A DNA stretch of 64,000 nt from Nitrospirota bacterium (GTDB lineage: Bacteria; Nitrospirota; Thermodesulfovibrionia; Thermodesulfovibrionales; Dissulfurispiraceae), in contig CAWBMP010000004.1 of the NCBI GenBank assembly GCA_963790025.1, forward strand, positions 192,001-256,000, given 5' to 3'. The notes below the pieces were generated by a model. It worked only from the letters and a program-made list of their open reading frames with translations. It was not told the origin of the DNA and did not search any database. Positions 38,512-48,088 of this stretch are shown in pieces. Position numbers and translations under genes: made by a program. Position 1 is the stretch's first letter. Every line of letters begins with the position of its first letter.

Positions 38512-39477
38512 CGCTGAAGCCCATGTCAGTCCGCCGCCAAAGGCCTCAAGGAGCACATAGTCGTCACTTCTGATCCTTCCGCTCCTTACTGCCTCATCGA
38601 GCGCTATGGGTATTGAAGCCGCCGAAGTATTGCCGTAATGGTCTAAATTGATGATGACCTTATCCATCGGCAGGCCGAGCCGCTTTGCTGTGGCCTGAAT
38701 AATCCGCAGATTGGCCTGATGTGGTACCAGACATGAAAGCTGAGAGATTTTCAGATTGTTCTGCCTCAACGTGTCGGTGACAAGACTTTCGAGTACCTTC
38801 ACCGCAACTTTGAAGGTCTCATTGCCTTTCATCTTTATAAAGTGCATTCCTTTGCCGATTGTCTCTTTTGAGGAAGGATGTCTCGAGCCACCGGCGGGAA
38901 GGGTCAATAAATCGCCTAAACTGCCGTCGGCATGGAGGTCTGCAGAAAGAATCCCGTTATCTCCGGTAGTGGCCTCTAGGACCGCCGCGCCTGCACCGTC
39001 GCCGAAAAGAACGCAGGTATTCCTGTCTTCCCAATCAGTGAAACGGGAAAGCGTTTCAGAGCCCACAAGGAGTATTTTCTTGTACTGTCCTGACCTTATG
39101 AAGCTGTTTGCAATGGATAGGCCGTAGATGAAACCTGAACACGCGGCATTTATATCAAAAGCAGCGGCTTTTTTAGCATCGAGACAGTGTTGAAGCAGAC
39201 AGGCCGTCGAAGGCAGTGGAGAATCGCCCGTCAAAGTCGCCATAATGATCAGGTCCAGCTCTTTTGCCTTAAGGCCCGCGTATTTCAGGGCATTTTTGGC
39301 GGCATTCAGGGCCAAGTCTGATGTTGCCTGTTTCGCCCCCGCTATACGTCGTTCCTTTATTCCTGTACGCTCGATAATCCATTCATCTGAAGTCGTAACA
39401 ATTTTTTCAAGATCGGAATTTGTGACCACCCTTTCAGGAACATACGAACCGGTCGCTATTATTCGCGCTCTAAGCAT
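38497..39477 (-). CDS. fabH: 3-oxoacyl-ACP synthase III
   Basis: [27 protein letters not shown]. Confidence 0.96.
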   Translation of the reverse strand: MLRARIIATGSYVPERVVTNSDLEKIVTTSDEWIIERTGIKERRIAGAKQATSDLALNAAKNALKYAGLKAKELDLIIMATLTGDSPLPSTACLLQHCLDAKKAAAFDINAACSGFIYGLSIANSFIRSGQYKKILLVGSETLSRFTDWEDRNTCVLFGDGAGAAVLEATTGDNGILSADLHADGSLGDLLTLPAGGSRHPSSKETIGKGMHFIKMKGNETFKVAVKVLESLVTDTLRQNNLKISQLSCLVPHQANLRIIQATAKRLGLPMDKVIINLDHYGNTSAASIPIALDEAVRSGRIRSDDYVLLEAFGGGLTWASALIRW

Positions 39478-39480
39478 GCC

Positions 39481-40497
39481 CTATACGCCTTCCGCTGTCT
39501 TTCTGTTTGCATAATCGGCAAGTGTTTGCGCAATCGTTTCGTGCACTTTTTTCTCCGCCATCTCGGCAGACACCCGTATGGCATTTTTTATGGCCTTGGA
39601 TGATGAACGCCCGTGGCTTATGATACACGTACCGTTAATTCCGAGCAGCGGGGCACCGCCATATTCAGAATAATCGGTCCTCTTTCTGAAGTTCCGGATC
39701 GCAGGTTTGATCATAAGGTAACCGAGCTTGCCGGTCGTGACATTGATGATTTCCCTTTTAAGCATCTTTAAAATGGCTTCGGCAAGCCCCTCGCTGACTT
39801 TCAGGACAATATTACCGATAAATCCGTCGCACACAATTACATCGGCTTTTCCTGCGAAGATATCTTTCCCCTCTATGTTGCCGGTAAAATTCATGCCTGC
39901 GTGCCTGAGGAGTTTAAAAGCCTCTTTTGTGAGTTCGTTTCCCTTGGTATCTTCCTCGCCTATGCCCAGAAGAGAGACTGACGGCTCCGGGACACCAAAA
40001 ATCTCCCTGTAATAAGCGTTCCCCATTTGGGCAAATTGCAGAAGATTATCGGGTTTGCAGTCGACGTTGGCGCCGGCATCGATCAGCACGAAGAAACCGG
40101 TAAGTGAGGGCATGATAGTGGCGATAGCAGGCCTGTCCACATTGGGCAGCTTTCCAAGCAGGAAAAGTGCGGTTGCCATGGCGACACCCGAATGACCTGC
40201 ACTGACCGCGGCATCTGCGAGATTGCTTTTGACGAGTTCGACTGCCACCCGGATCGAGGAATCCTTTTTTTTCCTGAGCGCAACAGCAGGCGCTTCCTGC
40301 ATCGCGACAACTTCAGATGCATGGACTATGGATATTTTATGGGACGGATAACGCCTTGTGCTGAGAGAATCAGCCAGCTGTTGGCGGTCACCGACCAGAA
40401 TTACCTCAACATCATACTCGTTGACCGCCTCCACTGCTCCAGCTATGGTTAGTTCAGGAGCAAAATCGCCCCCCATAGCATCGAGGGCAACCTTCAT
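39481..40497 (-). CDS. plsX: Phosphate acyltransferase PlsX
   Basis: ALDAMGGDFAP, DAGAN, CDGFIGN, GGAPLLG, HGRS. Confidence 0.96.
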   Translation of the reverse strand: MKVALDAMGGDFAPELTIAGAVEAVNEYDVEVILVGDRQQLADSLSTRRYPSHKISIVHASEVVAMQEAPAVALRKKKDSSIRVAVELVKSNLADAAVSAGHSGVAMATALFLLGKLPNVDRPAIATIMPSLTGFFVLIDAGANVDCKPDNLLQFAQMGNAYYREIFGVPEPSVSLLGIGEEDTKGNELTKEAFKLLRHAGMNFTGNIEGKDIFAGKADVIVCDGFIGNIVLKVSEGLAEAILKMLKREIINVTTGKLGYLMIKPAIRNFRKRTDYSEYGGAPLLGINGTCIISHGRSSSKAIKNAIRVSAEMAEKKVHETIAQTLADYANRKTAEGV

Positions 40498-40682
40498 GAC
40501 TCTTTGGAGACGACCTCTAATATCTTCTTGCCGTTGTAAGTCCCGCATTGGGAACATACCCGGTGCGGCTGCTTCATTTCCTTGCAATCAGGACAGGCAA
40601 CAAGGCTGGGAGTTTGTCCCTTCCAGTTAGCCCTTCTTTTGTCCCTTCTTGTACGTGTATGCCGATGTGTTGGATTTGCCAT
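40494..40682 (-). CDS. rpmF: 50S ribosomal protein L32 (Zn-ribbon type)
   Basis: MANP..RH..TRRDKRR; CPDC...PHRVC..CGTY. Confidence 0.95.
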   Translation of the reverse strand: MANPTHRHTRTRRDKRRANWKGQTPSLVACPDCKEMKQPHRVCSQCGTYNGKKILEVVSKES

Positions 40683-40685
40683 AGA

Positions 40686-41195
40686 TTACTCCTTTCTCTT
40701 TAATAATTGTTCCAATACCTTTAAACGCGAATCTATTTCAGAAGTACTGCATTTGCAGTCCGAAACATTCAAATCTGCCCCGCACTTTGGGCATAGGCCC
40801 TTACACTCAGGTGAACAGAGCGGCTTCATAGGCATATTCAGCAGCAGCTGCTCCGTCAGCACTTCATCTGTATCAAGCGTGTCCTCTTTGTAAAAGCCTA
40901 TGTCAAGCTCATCGCTCTTCAATTTGTGGCGCTCTTCTTTATTAATCCTCTCTGAAGGCTCATACACAACATCGATCTGTGACAGCACCCCCATGGTATA
41001 CGCATTGAGGCACCTGCTGCACAACAACTCGACATCTCCTTCGATCATGCCGTTCACCAGCACTTCAGAACCTAATGTCCGCAGCTTCAAAGAGGCATGC
41101 AGCGGCGACACCGTTCTTACAGACTCCACCGTAATAGCCTCATTGAGTTCTATATCTATTCCCTCTTCAGGAATTTCAGAAACAATAATCTTCAT
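40686..41195 (-). CDS. yceD: DUF177/YceD family protein
   Basis: CSRCL, PMKPLC..ECKGLCPKCG, DSRL; canonical position before rpmF. Confidence 0.9.
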   Translation of the reverse strand: MKIIVSEIPEEGIDIELNEAITVESVRTVSPLHASLKLRTLGSEVLVNGMIEGDVELLCSRCLNAYTMGVLSQIDVVYEPSERINKEERHKLKSDELDIGFYKEDTLDTDEVLTEQLLLNMPMKPLCSPECKGLCPKCGADLNVSDCKCSTSEIDSRLKVLEQLLKRKE

Positions 41196-41284
41196 AGAAT
41201 TAATTCACATACTTATAAATGAGTGTCGAATTGAATATTCTAAGTTTATCAGGCTGTTTTGTCAAGTGCGGTAGAAAATTATCC

Positions 41285-42487
41285 TTAAAGTTTAGCGGCT
41301 TTCAATTCAGCCATGATCGCTTCGGAAAGTCTCTTCAGGGATTGTCCCGTTTTCTTCGAAAGCGCTTTCAGGTCGGCATATTCGGGAGAAATATTGACAA
41401 TAGCACCTTCACTCCTTGCTATTTTCACCCTAACTTCGCCGAATCCGGTCTTGACTTTCCTGACCTCCCTTCCGAGCACCTGACGCCCGGCCTTATAGAA
41501 CCTGAGGCCGATGGTAGTAGTTTCGTTAAATATCAAAGAAGTAAGACGCTCCAGTTTGTGCTCGTCGGTAATTACAGTCAGCTTTATTGCAGGCCTCCCC
41601 TTTTTCATAATTATATTCTCCAAAAACACATCAAGAGCACCGGCTTTAAAGAGCTTATCGATAATATCCTCGTAGAATTGCGGATTCATATCATCTATAT
41701 TGGTCTCGATAACAACTACCTCTGTATCAGACGATCTTCTATCAGCCGCACTACTGTCTGTTCCGGCTGTTTTTCCGACAAATAGCCTGAGAACGTTTGG
41801 AACATGCTCTAAATCCCTGTTGCCGGCCCCATAGCCTATGACCTCCCTCCGCATAGCCGGTACAGGGAGCATTACAGCCTCCAACCCTGCTATAAGCACA
41901 GCACCTGTAGGAGTCGTCAACTCAAACGGGATACCGGATACATACGTCGTATACCCCTTCAAAAGCTCGGCGGTTGCCGGGGCCGGCACCGGCAATGTTC
42001 CATGTGCGCATTTTACCGTGCCGCTGCCCAGGTTAATGGGTGATGTATATACTTTCTCCACTCCGAGGAGATCGAGAGCGATGAGTGTTCCAAAGATGTC
42101 GACCATGCAATCTATTCCGCCAAGCTCGTGCAGATGCACCCGTTCGAGACTGTGGCCGTGCACTTTTGCCTCTGCCTCAAAAAGCCTTTTGAAAACCTTG
42201 AGCCCCTGATGTTGTATTTTCGCAGACAGTTTGGCCTTATTAATAACGGCCCTGAGATCTTTCCACCGCAAGGGCGAAGCATTATATCCCTTGTCGAGTA
42301 CGACATCCACCTTGGTCGCTGCGACACCCAAACGTAAAACCTTTTTTGACGTGAGATGGTACTGCCTGACAGGTAGCTTCCTGAGCAATGACCCGAGTTT
42401 TTCTATGCTGACACCGGCATCCACCAGGGCCCCGAGGCACATATCGCCGCTTATGCCGGCAAAACAGTCAAAATAGGCTATCTTCAT
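41285..42487 (-). CDS. larC: Nickel pincer cofactor nickel insertase LarC
   Basis: YFDCFAGISGDM.LGAL, AEAKVHG, HLHELG, CAHG.LPVPAPAT, ETNIDD, MKKGRP, PEY. Confidence 0.93.
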   Translation of the reverse strand: MKIAYFDCFAGISGDMCLGALVDAGVSIEKLGSLLRKLPVRQYHLTSKKVLRLGVAATKVDVVLDKGYNASPLRWKDLRAVINKAKLSAKIQHQGLKVFKRLFEAEAKVHGHSLERVHLHELGGIDCMVDIFGTLIALDLLGVEKVYTSPINLGSGTVKCAHGTLPVPAPATAELLKGYTTYVSGIPFELTTPTGAVLIAGLEAVMLPVPAMRREVIGYGAGNRDLEHVPNVLRLFVGKTAGTDSSAADRRSSDTEVVVIETNIDDMNPQFYEDIIDKLFKAGALDVFLENIIMKKGRPAIKLTVITDEHKLERLTSLIFNETTTIGLRFYKAGRQVLGREVRKVKTGFGEVRVKIARSEGAIVNISPEYADLKALSKKTGQSLKRLSEAIMAELKAAKL

Positions 42488-42542
42488 CACAGTATTGTAC
42501 AATATAATCAGAAGTATAATCACATCTAAAGAGTGAAGGGTC

Positions 42543-43082
42543 ATGAAAATAATTGCTGAGCGCTCAATTGCTGGTAAGTCGTTAAGACTGGTTATGGGAG
42601 ACATCACGGAACGTGACGTCGATGCAATTGTCAATGCCGCCAACTCGCGCCTTCAGCACGGTGGTGGCGTCGCCGGCGCCATAGTCAGGAAAGGCGGGAT
42701 GGTCATTCAGGAAGAAAGCGACGCAATCGGCTTTGTCCCTGTAGGCCAGGCTGCGATCACAACGGCAGGCAAATTACCGTCGAAGTTCGTTATTCACGCA
42801 GTGGGTCCAAGGATGGGGGAAGGCGACGAAGACAACAAGCTTCAAAGCGCCGTGGCAAGCTCTTTTGCCCTGGCGTCGGGCAACGGTCTGGCTTCCATTG
42901 CGATGCCTGCCATCAGCTCCGGCATTTTCGGATTTCCCAAAGAGCGGTGTGCAAAGATACTCGTCAGAACGGCAAAAGATTTCCTTGCCGAAAATACGGG
43001 GTCATCTCTTAAGGTTGTCGAGTTCTGCATTTTTGATGAAACTACTCTTGGTTTTTTTAAGCAGGAATTTGATAAACTATAG
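42543..43082 (+). CDS. Macro domain protein (YmdB-like)
   Basis: GDIT...DAIVNAAN..L.HGGGVAGAI, IHAVGP, PAISSGIFGFP. Confidence 0.93.
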   Translation: MKIIAERSIAGKSLRLVMGDITERDVDAIVNAANSRLQHGGGVAGAIVRKGGMVIQEESDAIGFVPVGQAAITTAGKLPSKFVIHAVGPRMGEGDEDNKLQSAVASSFALASGNGLASIAMPAISSGIFGFPKERCAKILVRTAKDFLAENTGSSLKVVEFCIFDETTLGFFKQEFDKL

Positions 43083-43108
43083 CTTCTGTTTTTTGGCGTC
43101 CTTTCAGT

Positions 43109-43180
43109 GCCGGGATAGCACAGTGGTAGTGCAGCTGATTCGTAATCAGCAGGTCGTCGGTTCAAATCCGATTCCCGGCT
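43109..43180 (+). tRNA. tRNA-Thr(CGT)
   Basis: GCCGGGA...GCTGA-TT-CGT-AA-TCAGC...GGTTCAAATCC...TCCCGGC-T; CCA not encoded. Confidence 0.96.
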
Positions 43181-43441
43181 TTTCTTTTTCAACGACTTAC
43201 GCCCAACATGGGCAACTGATTTTATTGTAGAACAAGTTTAGAACAGTTTTCCTGTGCTCATTTGATCTATCTCAGCAGTTATTTAAAGTAATAGATTATC
43301 GAGATAGCTTTAACATCATCCTCCCTTTCACTTTGCCTATTATTGCGCTGAATGAACATGGCTATCCTCATTTTACGAATGAAGGGGAGAATAGTGAAAC
43401 GCTTATTTCAGGATTTATCATTCATTGTCTCTGCTTTATTC

Positions 43442-43473
43442 GATGGTGATACTGCACGGGCAGTATCACCATC
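43442..43473. repeat. Perfect 14-bp-stem hairpin
   Basis: GATGGTGATACTGC-ACGG-GCAGTATCACCATC. Confidence 0.7.
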
Positions 43474-43573
43474 CTCTGAAAGTACCGCCTTGCTTTTCAT
43501 ATTCCCTGTAAACGAGAGCATCAGAAATAAAGACAGTATAAGAAATGCAACCCTTTCCGAATCGGGTCTCATT

Positions 43574-45055
43574 TCAATGTCCGGATCCCTCTGATTGTTT
43601 TATCGCAACGTATATAGATCCTCCGTTCCGATACAGCAACAGAAGCACGGTATCAGAAGGCCCGATCTTCGATACGATCTGCTCGTACTCCTTCAATCCT
43701 TTTACTGCCTTATGATCTATCTCCTCAATGACGTCTTTTTTTGCAACCAGACCACTGGCCGGGCTGTCTTCACCAACGTCCACTACGAGTACCCCTTCAA
43801 CAGACGCCGGAATGTTCAGGCTCTCCCTCATATCAGCAGTGAGTTCCCGGACCTCTACTCTGTCCAGTACGTTATTGTTCTTTAGCTTCTTCTCCCTCTT
43901 CGCCATCATTTTTTGAGGTAGCTCTTCAAGAGTCACAGTAAGGATCTCCTCTTTGCCCTGCCTTATCACTTTTACTTTCACTGTTTTGCCCGGAGCTGTA
44001 TTGCCCACCATGTTTCTGAGGCTCGTTGTATTATCCACTGGTTTGCCGTCGAATTCCACAATCATATCGCCACGCTTAAGTCCTGCTTTCCCGGCAGGGC
44101 TGTTTTTCATCACTTCTGTTACAAGGGCGCCTTTTTCTGTCTTCACCCCAAAGGATTTTGCAAGGTCCGATGTCAGGTCCTGTATTTCCACTCCGAGCCA
44201 GCCGCGAATGACCTTGCCGTACTTGAGAATGCTTTGTACCACCGAGTCCGCCAAATTGGAGGGTATGGCAAATCCTACACCCATGTAGCCACCACTGGTC
44301 GAAAATATTGCCGAATTAATGCCCACGAGTTCACCATTTGCATTGACGAGGGCTCCTCCGGAATTCCCCGGGTTAATTGCCGCGTCAGTTTGAATATAGT
44401 CCTCATAAGCAGAAATGCCCATATTGGTCCTTCCGACCGCACTCACTATTCCCATGGTTACTGTCTGGTTCAGGCCAAAAGGGTTTCCTATCGCGAGCAC
44501 CACATCGCCTGCCTTCAGTTTGCCGGAATCTCCCATCTTGATGGCGGGGAGGTCCTTGGCATCAATCTTTATTACGGCAATATCTGTCAGAGGATCATAG
44601 CCTACGACCTTTCCTTTAAATTCCCTTTTGTCATAGAGTCTTACCTTTATCTCGTCGGCATTCTTGATAACGTGGTAATTCGTAAGGATATAGCCGTCCT
44701 TTGACACTATCACACCGGAGCCAAGTGCGGAAGACTTGTACTTTTTGGGTAAATCCGGATGATCGAAGTTGTCGCCGAAAAATTTCCTGAAAAAAGGATC
44801 ATTAAACAATTGGCCCATGGGATTATCCTTAACACTCATAGTCGTAGTAGTCGATATGTTAACAACAGAGGGCCTTGTCACTTCCGCAACCTCGGATAAA
44901 TAGTCGCTCATTTTGTTGAGGAAAACCCTTGCATCAGGTGAAACCTCTTTGGCAAAGGCGGTAGCCTGAAAGTGAAGAGATACTGAGAGAAACAGACTGA
45001 TGAAAATAATAAGAGGTAACCTCAAACCGTTCCTTCTTAAGTTAAGAGTCTTCAT
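43574..45055 (-). CDS. DegP/DegQ (HtrA) serine protease with two PDZ domains
   Basis: GSGVI, TNYHV, TDAAINPGNSGG, RGWLGV. Confidence 0.95.
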   Translation of the reverse strand: MKTLNLRRNGLRLPLIIFISLFLSVSLHFQATAFAKEVSPDARVFLNKMSDYLSEVAEVTRPSVVNISTTTTMSVKDNPMGQLFNDPFFRKFFGDNFDHPDLPKKYKSSALGSGVIVSKDGYILTNYHVIKNADEIKVRLYDKREFKGKVVGYDPLTDIAVIKIDAKDLPAIKMGDSGKLKAGDVVLAIGNPFGLNQTVTMGIVSAVGRTNMGISAYEDYIQTDAAINPGNSGGALVNANGELVGINSAIFSTSGGYMGVGFAIPSNLADSVVQSILKYGKVIRGWLGVEIQDLTSDLAKSFGVKTEKGALVTEVMKNSPAGKAGLKRGDMIVEFDGKPVDNTTSLRNMVGNTAPGKTVKVKVIRQGKEEILTVTLEELPQKMMAKREKKLKNNNVLDRVEVRELTADMRESLNIPASVEGVLVVDVGEDSPASGLVAKKDVIEEIDHKAVKGLKEYEQIVSKIGPSDTVLLLLYRNGGSIYVAIKQSEGSGH

Positions 45056-45096
45056 TATTGCACTCCTTTCATGTTTATTGTTTACGATACTCGGGC

Positions 45097-45720
45097 TCAT
45101 TTTGCCTCTTTCAGTGCCTTTCTCTTCATCCGGCTGACAAGTTCCCCATATGAACTGGAATCTATTATTTCCGCGAATTGTGACCTGTAGTTATCTACCA
45201 AACTTACTCCTTCAATCACCACGTCGTATACAATCCATTTAGCACCTTCTTTCAAAAGCATATAGTCTACCGGTATGTCCCTTTCTCTGTTAGTATTATC
45301 AATGATTTTAGTCTGGACCTCCGCATAGTCGCCATCGATGGATTCACGGCCGTACTGGACTGTCTCCCCATTATATCTTTCTATTTTTGCCGCGTACGCA
45401 TCTTCGATCAGGTCCTCAAAAAGAGGAACGAATTCGTTTTTTTCTTCCGGAGTCCTTTTCCTCCAGTTAAGTCCCATTGCACGTCTGGACATCTCTTTGA
45501 AATCGAATATGCCGTCAACTACCTTCCGTATTTCCGCTCTTCTTTCAGCCTTTTTCTCAGGTCCTTTCAGTGCGCCGTTGCTTACGATTGCTATTACGGA
45601 ATCTATTGACTGTCTTATACGGTCAGTTGGTTCGCCTGCATATGCAACCTGCGAGCAGCTCAGAACAACCAGACAAATAACAAGTGAAAAGAACTTTTCA
45701 CGAGACCCTGATCGAAACAT
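45097..45720 (-). CDS. mlaC: MlaC/Ttg2D family periplasmic lipid-binding protein
   Basis: FDFKEMSRRAMG..W, YDVVIEGVSLVDNYRSQF. Confidence 0.88.
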   Translation of the reverse strand: MFRSGSREKFFSLVICLVVLSCSQVAYAGEPTDRIRQSIDSVIAIVSNGALKGPEKKAERRAEIRKVVDGIFDFKEMSRRAMGLNWRKRTPEEKNEFVPLFEDLIEDAYAAKIERYNGETVQYGRESIDGDYAEVQTKIIDNTNRERDIPVDYMLLKEGAKWIVYDVVIEGVSLVDNYRSQFAEIIDSSSYGELVSRMKRKALKEAK

Positions 45721-45792
45721 AAAAATTCTGTCCCCCTCTTTCAATTAGTAAAAGGTTATCTATAACTTTTCAAAAAAATTCGAAACAACTGA

Positions 45793-46257
45793 CTACGGTT
45801 TAAACTGCTGGTGACATCTGGCACAGTTATTAATGATTCCTGCGGTCCGTCTCACCATTAATTCCCAATTATTGTTTGCTGCAGCATCCTTAATATTTGC
45901 AAGCCTGCCCTGAAACTCTTTCTCAAGCTTATTGAAGTCTTCCTGTTTTTCAGCATTTTTCTTCAGTTTGGCTGCACCGGACTTGACCGCCGAGTAAATT
46001 ATATCCATAGCGCCGTTAACAGGCTCAATAGCCTTGAGTACGCTTTTGCCGTCACCAACTATTGAGGCAGAAACTATTTGTCGAATGGAAATATCAAGGC
46101 TATCCATCACGGTAGCTATGGGGAACCCAACTTCAACCGATTTTTCCTGTTCTTTACCGGTTGCGTTTTCAGATGCTGCAAAAGACAATACTGCCATCAT
46201 TAGAATAAAAATTGAAGATAGAAGACATAGTGTTATCAGCCGTGAGTCCTTTCTCAT
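45793..46257 (-). CDS. Cytochrome c'-like (class II) monoheme cytochrome
   Basis: Signal peptide; helical; single C-terminal CARCH. Confidence 0.75.
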   Translation of the reverse strand: MRKDSRLITLCLLSSIFILMMAVLSFAASENATGKEQEKSVEVGFPIATVMDSLDISIRQIVSASIVGDGKSVLKAIEPVNGAMDIIYSAVKSGAAKLKKNAEKQEDFNKLEKEFQGRLANIKDAAANNNWELMVRRTAGIINNCARCHQQFKP

Positions 46258-46406
46258 GTTGACCTCCTCAATTCCAAATTAATAGGCTCATTATTAAACA
46301 TATAGCACTTACCCGAAAGATTATCAACTGCGTGAAGAATTTGCAGGCCGGAAACTCCAGGATGCATATGTGTCCGTTGTATGTTGTCAGTTGTTGTCCA
46401 GTTGGA

Positions 46407-46434
46407 TTGACAAGCAAATAGGGTATGATAAAAT
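46407..46434 (+). promoter_or_regulatory. Putative sigma70 promoter of the multiheme cytochrome gene
   Basis: TTGACA-N16-TAAAAT with extended TG. Confidence 0.45.
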
Positions 46435-46479
46435 CTAATAGGCCGCTACGCAGAATGGACACATGAATTCACTAAGTCT

Positions 46480-47985
46480 ATGAAAACAAAATTGCCGCCA
46501 TTATTACATAACTGGATAAGTGTCGCCGGGTTTGTTATGGCGATTGTTTCATCTCTTGTCGTTTTATTTCTGCTTGGCATAAATTTCATTGTTGGCATGA
46601 GGAACCCCTATATCGGGATTCTTCTTTATATGGTCTTACCGGCCTTTCTGGTACTGGGCCTTTCTCTAATCCCCTTAGGCATGTATATAAGGTGGCGTTT
46701 ACTCGTGAAAACAGGCGATCTGCCTTTCAAGTGGCCTCACGTTGACCTTAATGATAAACGGCACAGGCTGGCCGCCTTGATATTCTTTGTTGGCACATTG
46801 CTTTTCGTCTTTATGAGCTCGGTGGGAATTTACCAGGCTTATCATTTTACTGATTCGGTTGCCTTTTGCGGCAGGACTTGTCACGCCGTAATGAAGCCTG
46901 AGTATACAGCTTACCAGGGCTCGCCCCATGCCCGGGTGGAATGTGTTGAATGCCATATAGGGCCCGGAGTAGGCTGGTATGCCAAATCCAAACTCTCCGG
47001 TCTGTATCAGGTATATGCTACGATCGCCGGCAAATATCCCCGACCTATTCCGACACCTGTGACCGATTTGAGGCCGGCCAGGGAGACCTGCGAACAGTGC
47101 CACTGGCCAAAACAGTTCTACGGAGCCTTGCAGCGCCGGTTTGATCATTATGAATACGATAAAAACAACAGCCACTGGCCGATAACTATGCTCATCAAGG
47201 TTGGCAGCGGCACCCCGCTGACCTCGACTATGTCAGGAATCCACTGGCATGTAAATCCGGAAGTTACAGTTGAATATGCGGCCAGGGACAGACAAAGGCA
47301 GGACATCGCGTGGGTGAGGGTAACCGATAAAGCAACCGGAAGAACAACGTTTTTTCAGGATTCCTCCAACTCAGTTCCAAGCAACACAATAAGATCAGCG
47401 GTCCCTCGGGTCATGGACTGCGTTGATTGCCATAATCGCCCGAGCCACAACCTGCATTCTCCGGACTATGTAATCGATCTCGAAATCTCTTCGGGCTGGA
47501 TAGCGTCATCCATCCCGGAAATCAAACAGGTAGCCGTAACATCGATGTCAAACAAATATGATTCTGACGCCGTTGCAATGAGCGGCATTGCTGCATCTAT
47601 AAACGATTTCTACCGCACTAACTATCCCCAGTTTTATATAACTGGAAAGACGGCAATCAACAATGCAGTGCAGGCAACACAGAAGGCATTTCAGGAAAAT
47701 ATTTTCCCTGCCATGAAGTCAAGATGGTCGGACTACCCGAACAACATCGGACATTTTATTTTCCCTGGCTGCATGAGGTGCCATGACGGAAAGCACAAGA
47801 GCACTGACGGACTGATTATCCCGTCGGATTGTCATACATGCCATATAATCCTGGAACAGGGTAAAAATGGTCCGGCGGAAACCGTGAATATGGAAACCGG
47901 CGAGGAATTCAGACACCCTGTTGACATCGGAAACACCTGGCAGGAGACGGGCTGCTACGAATGTCATAGTGGCATACGCCCTTAA
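46480..47985 (+). CDS. Membrane-anchored NapC/NirT-like multiheme cytochrome c
   Basis: Three N-terminal TM segments; CGRTCH plus six CxxCH motifs. Confidence 0.88.
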   Translation: MKTKLPPLLHNWISVAGFVMAIVSSLVVLFLLGINFIVGMRNPYIGILLYMVLPAFLVLGLSLIPLGMYIRWRLLVKTGDLPFKWPHVDLNDKRHRLAALIFFVGTLLFVFMSSVGIYQAYHFTDSVAFCGRTCHAVMKPEYTAYQGSPHARVECVECHIGPGVGWYAKSKLSGLYQVYATIAGKYPRPIPTPVTDLRPARETCEQCHWPKQFYGALQRRFDHYEYDKNNSHWPITMLIKVGSGTPLTSTMSGIHWHVNPEVTVEYAARDRQRQDIAWVRVTDKATGRTTFFQDSSNSVPSNTIRSAVPRVMDCVDCHNRPSHNLHSPDYVIDLEISSGWIASSIPEIKQVAVTSMSNKYDSDAVAMSGIAASINDFYRTNYPQFYITGKTAINNAVQATQKAFQENIFPAMKSRWSDYPNNIGHFIFPGCMRCHDGKHKSTDGLIIPSDCHTCHIILEQGKNGPAETVNMETGEEFRHPVDIGNTWQETGCYECHSGIRP

Positions 47986-48088
47986 GGCCAAGAACTCAAT
48001 TTTGCGCATGCCGACCTGAATTCAGCCTGCGCTGTTCGGCTTAAACGTGATAGTCATTGATTCCTTGATATAAAGGCAATAGGGGAGA

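Noticed and set aside
41285..42487. larC without larA/larB/larE
   Set aside because: lar genes are commonly dispersed, and the rest of the genome is not visible
42842..43230. ORFs spanning tRNA-Thr
   Set aside because: Translations of the tRNA and macro-domain DNA in other frames
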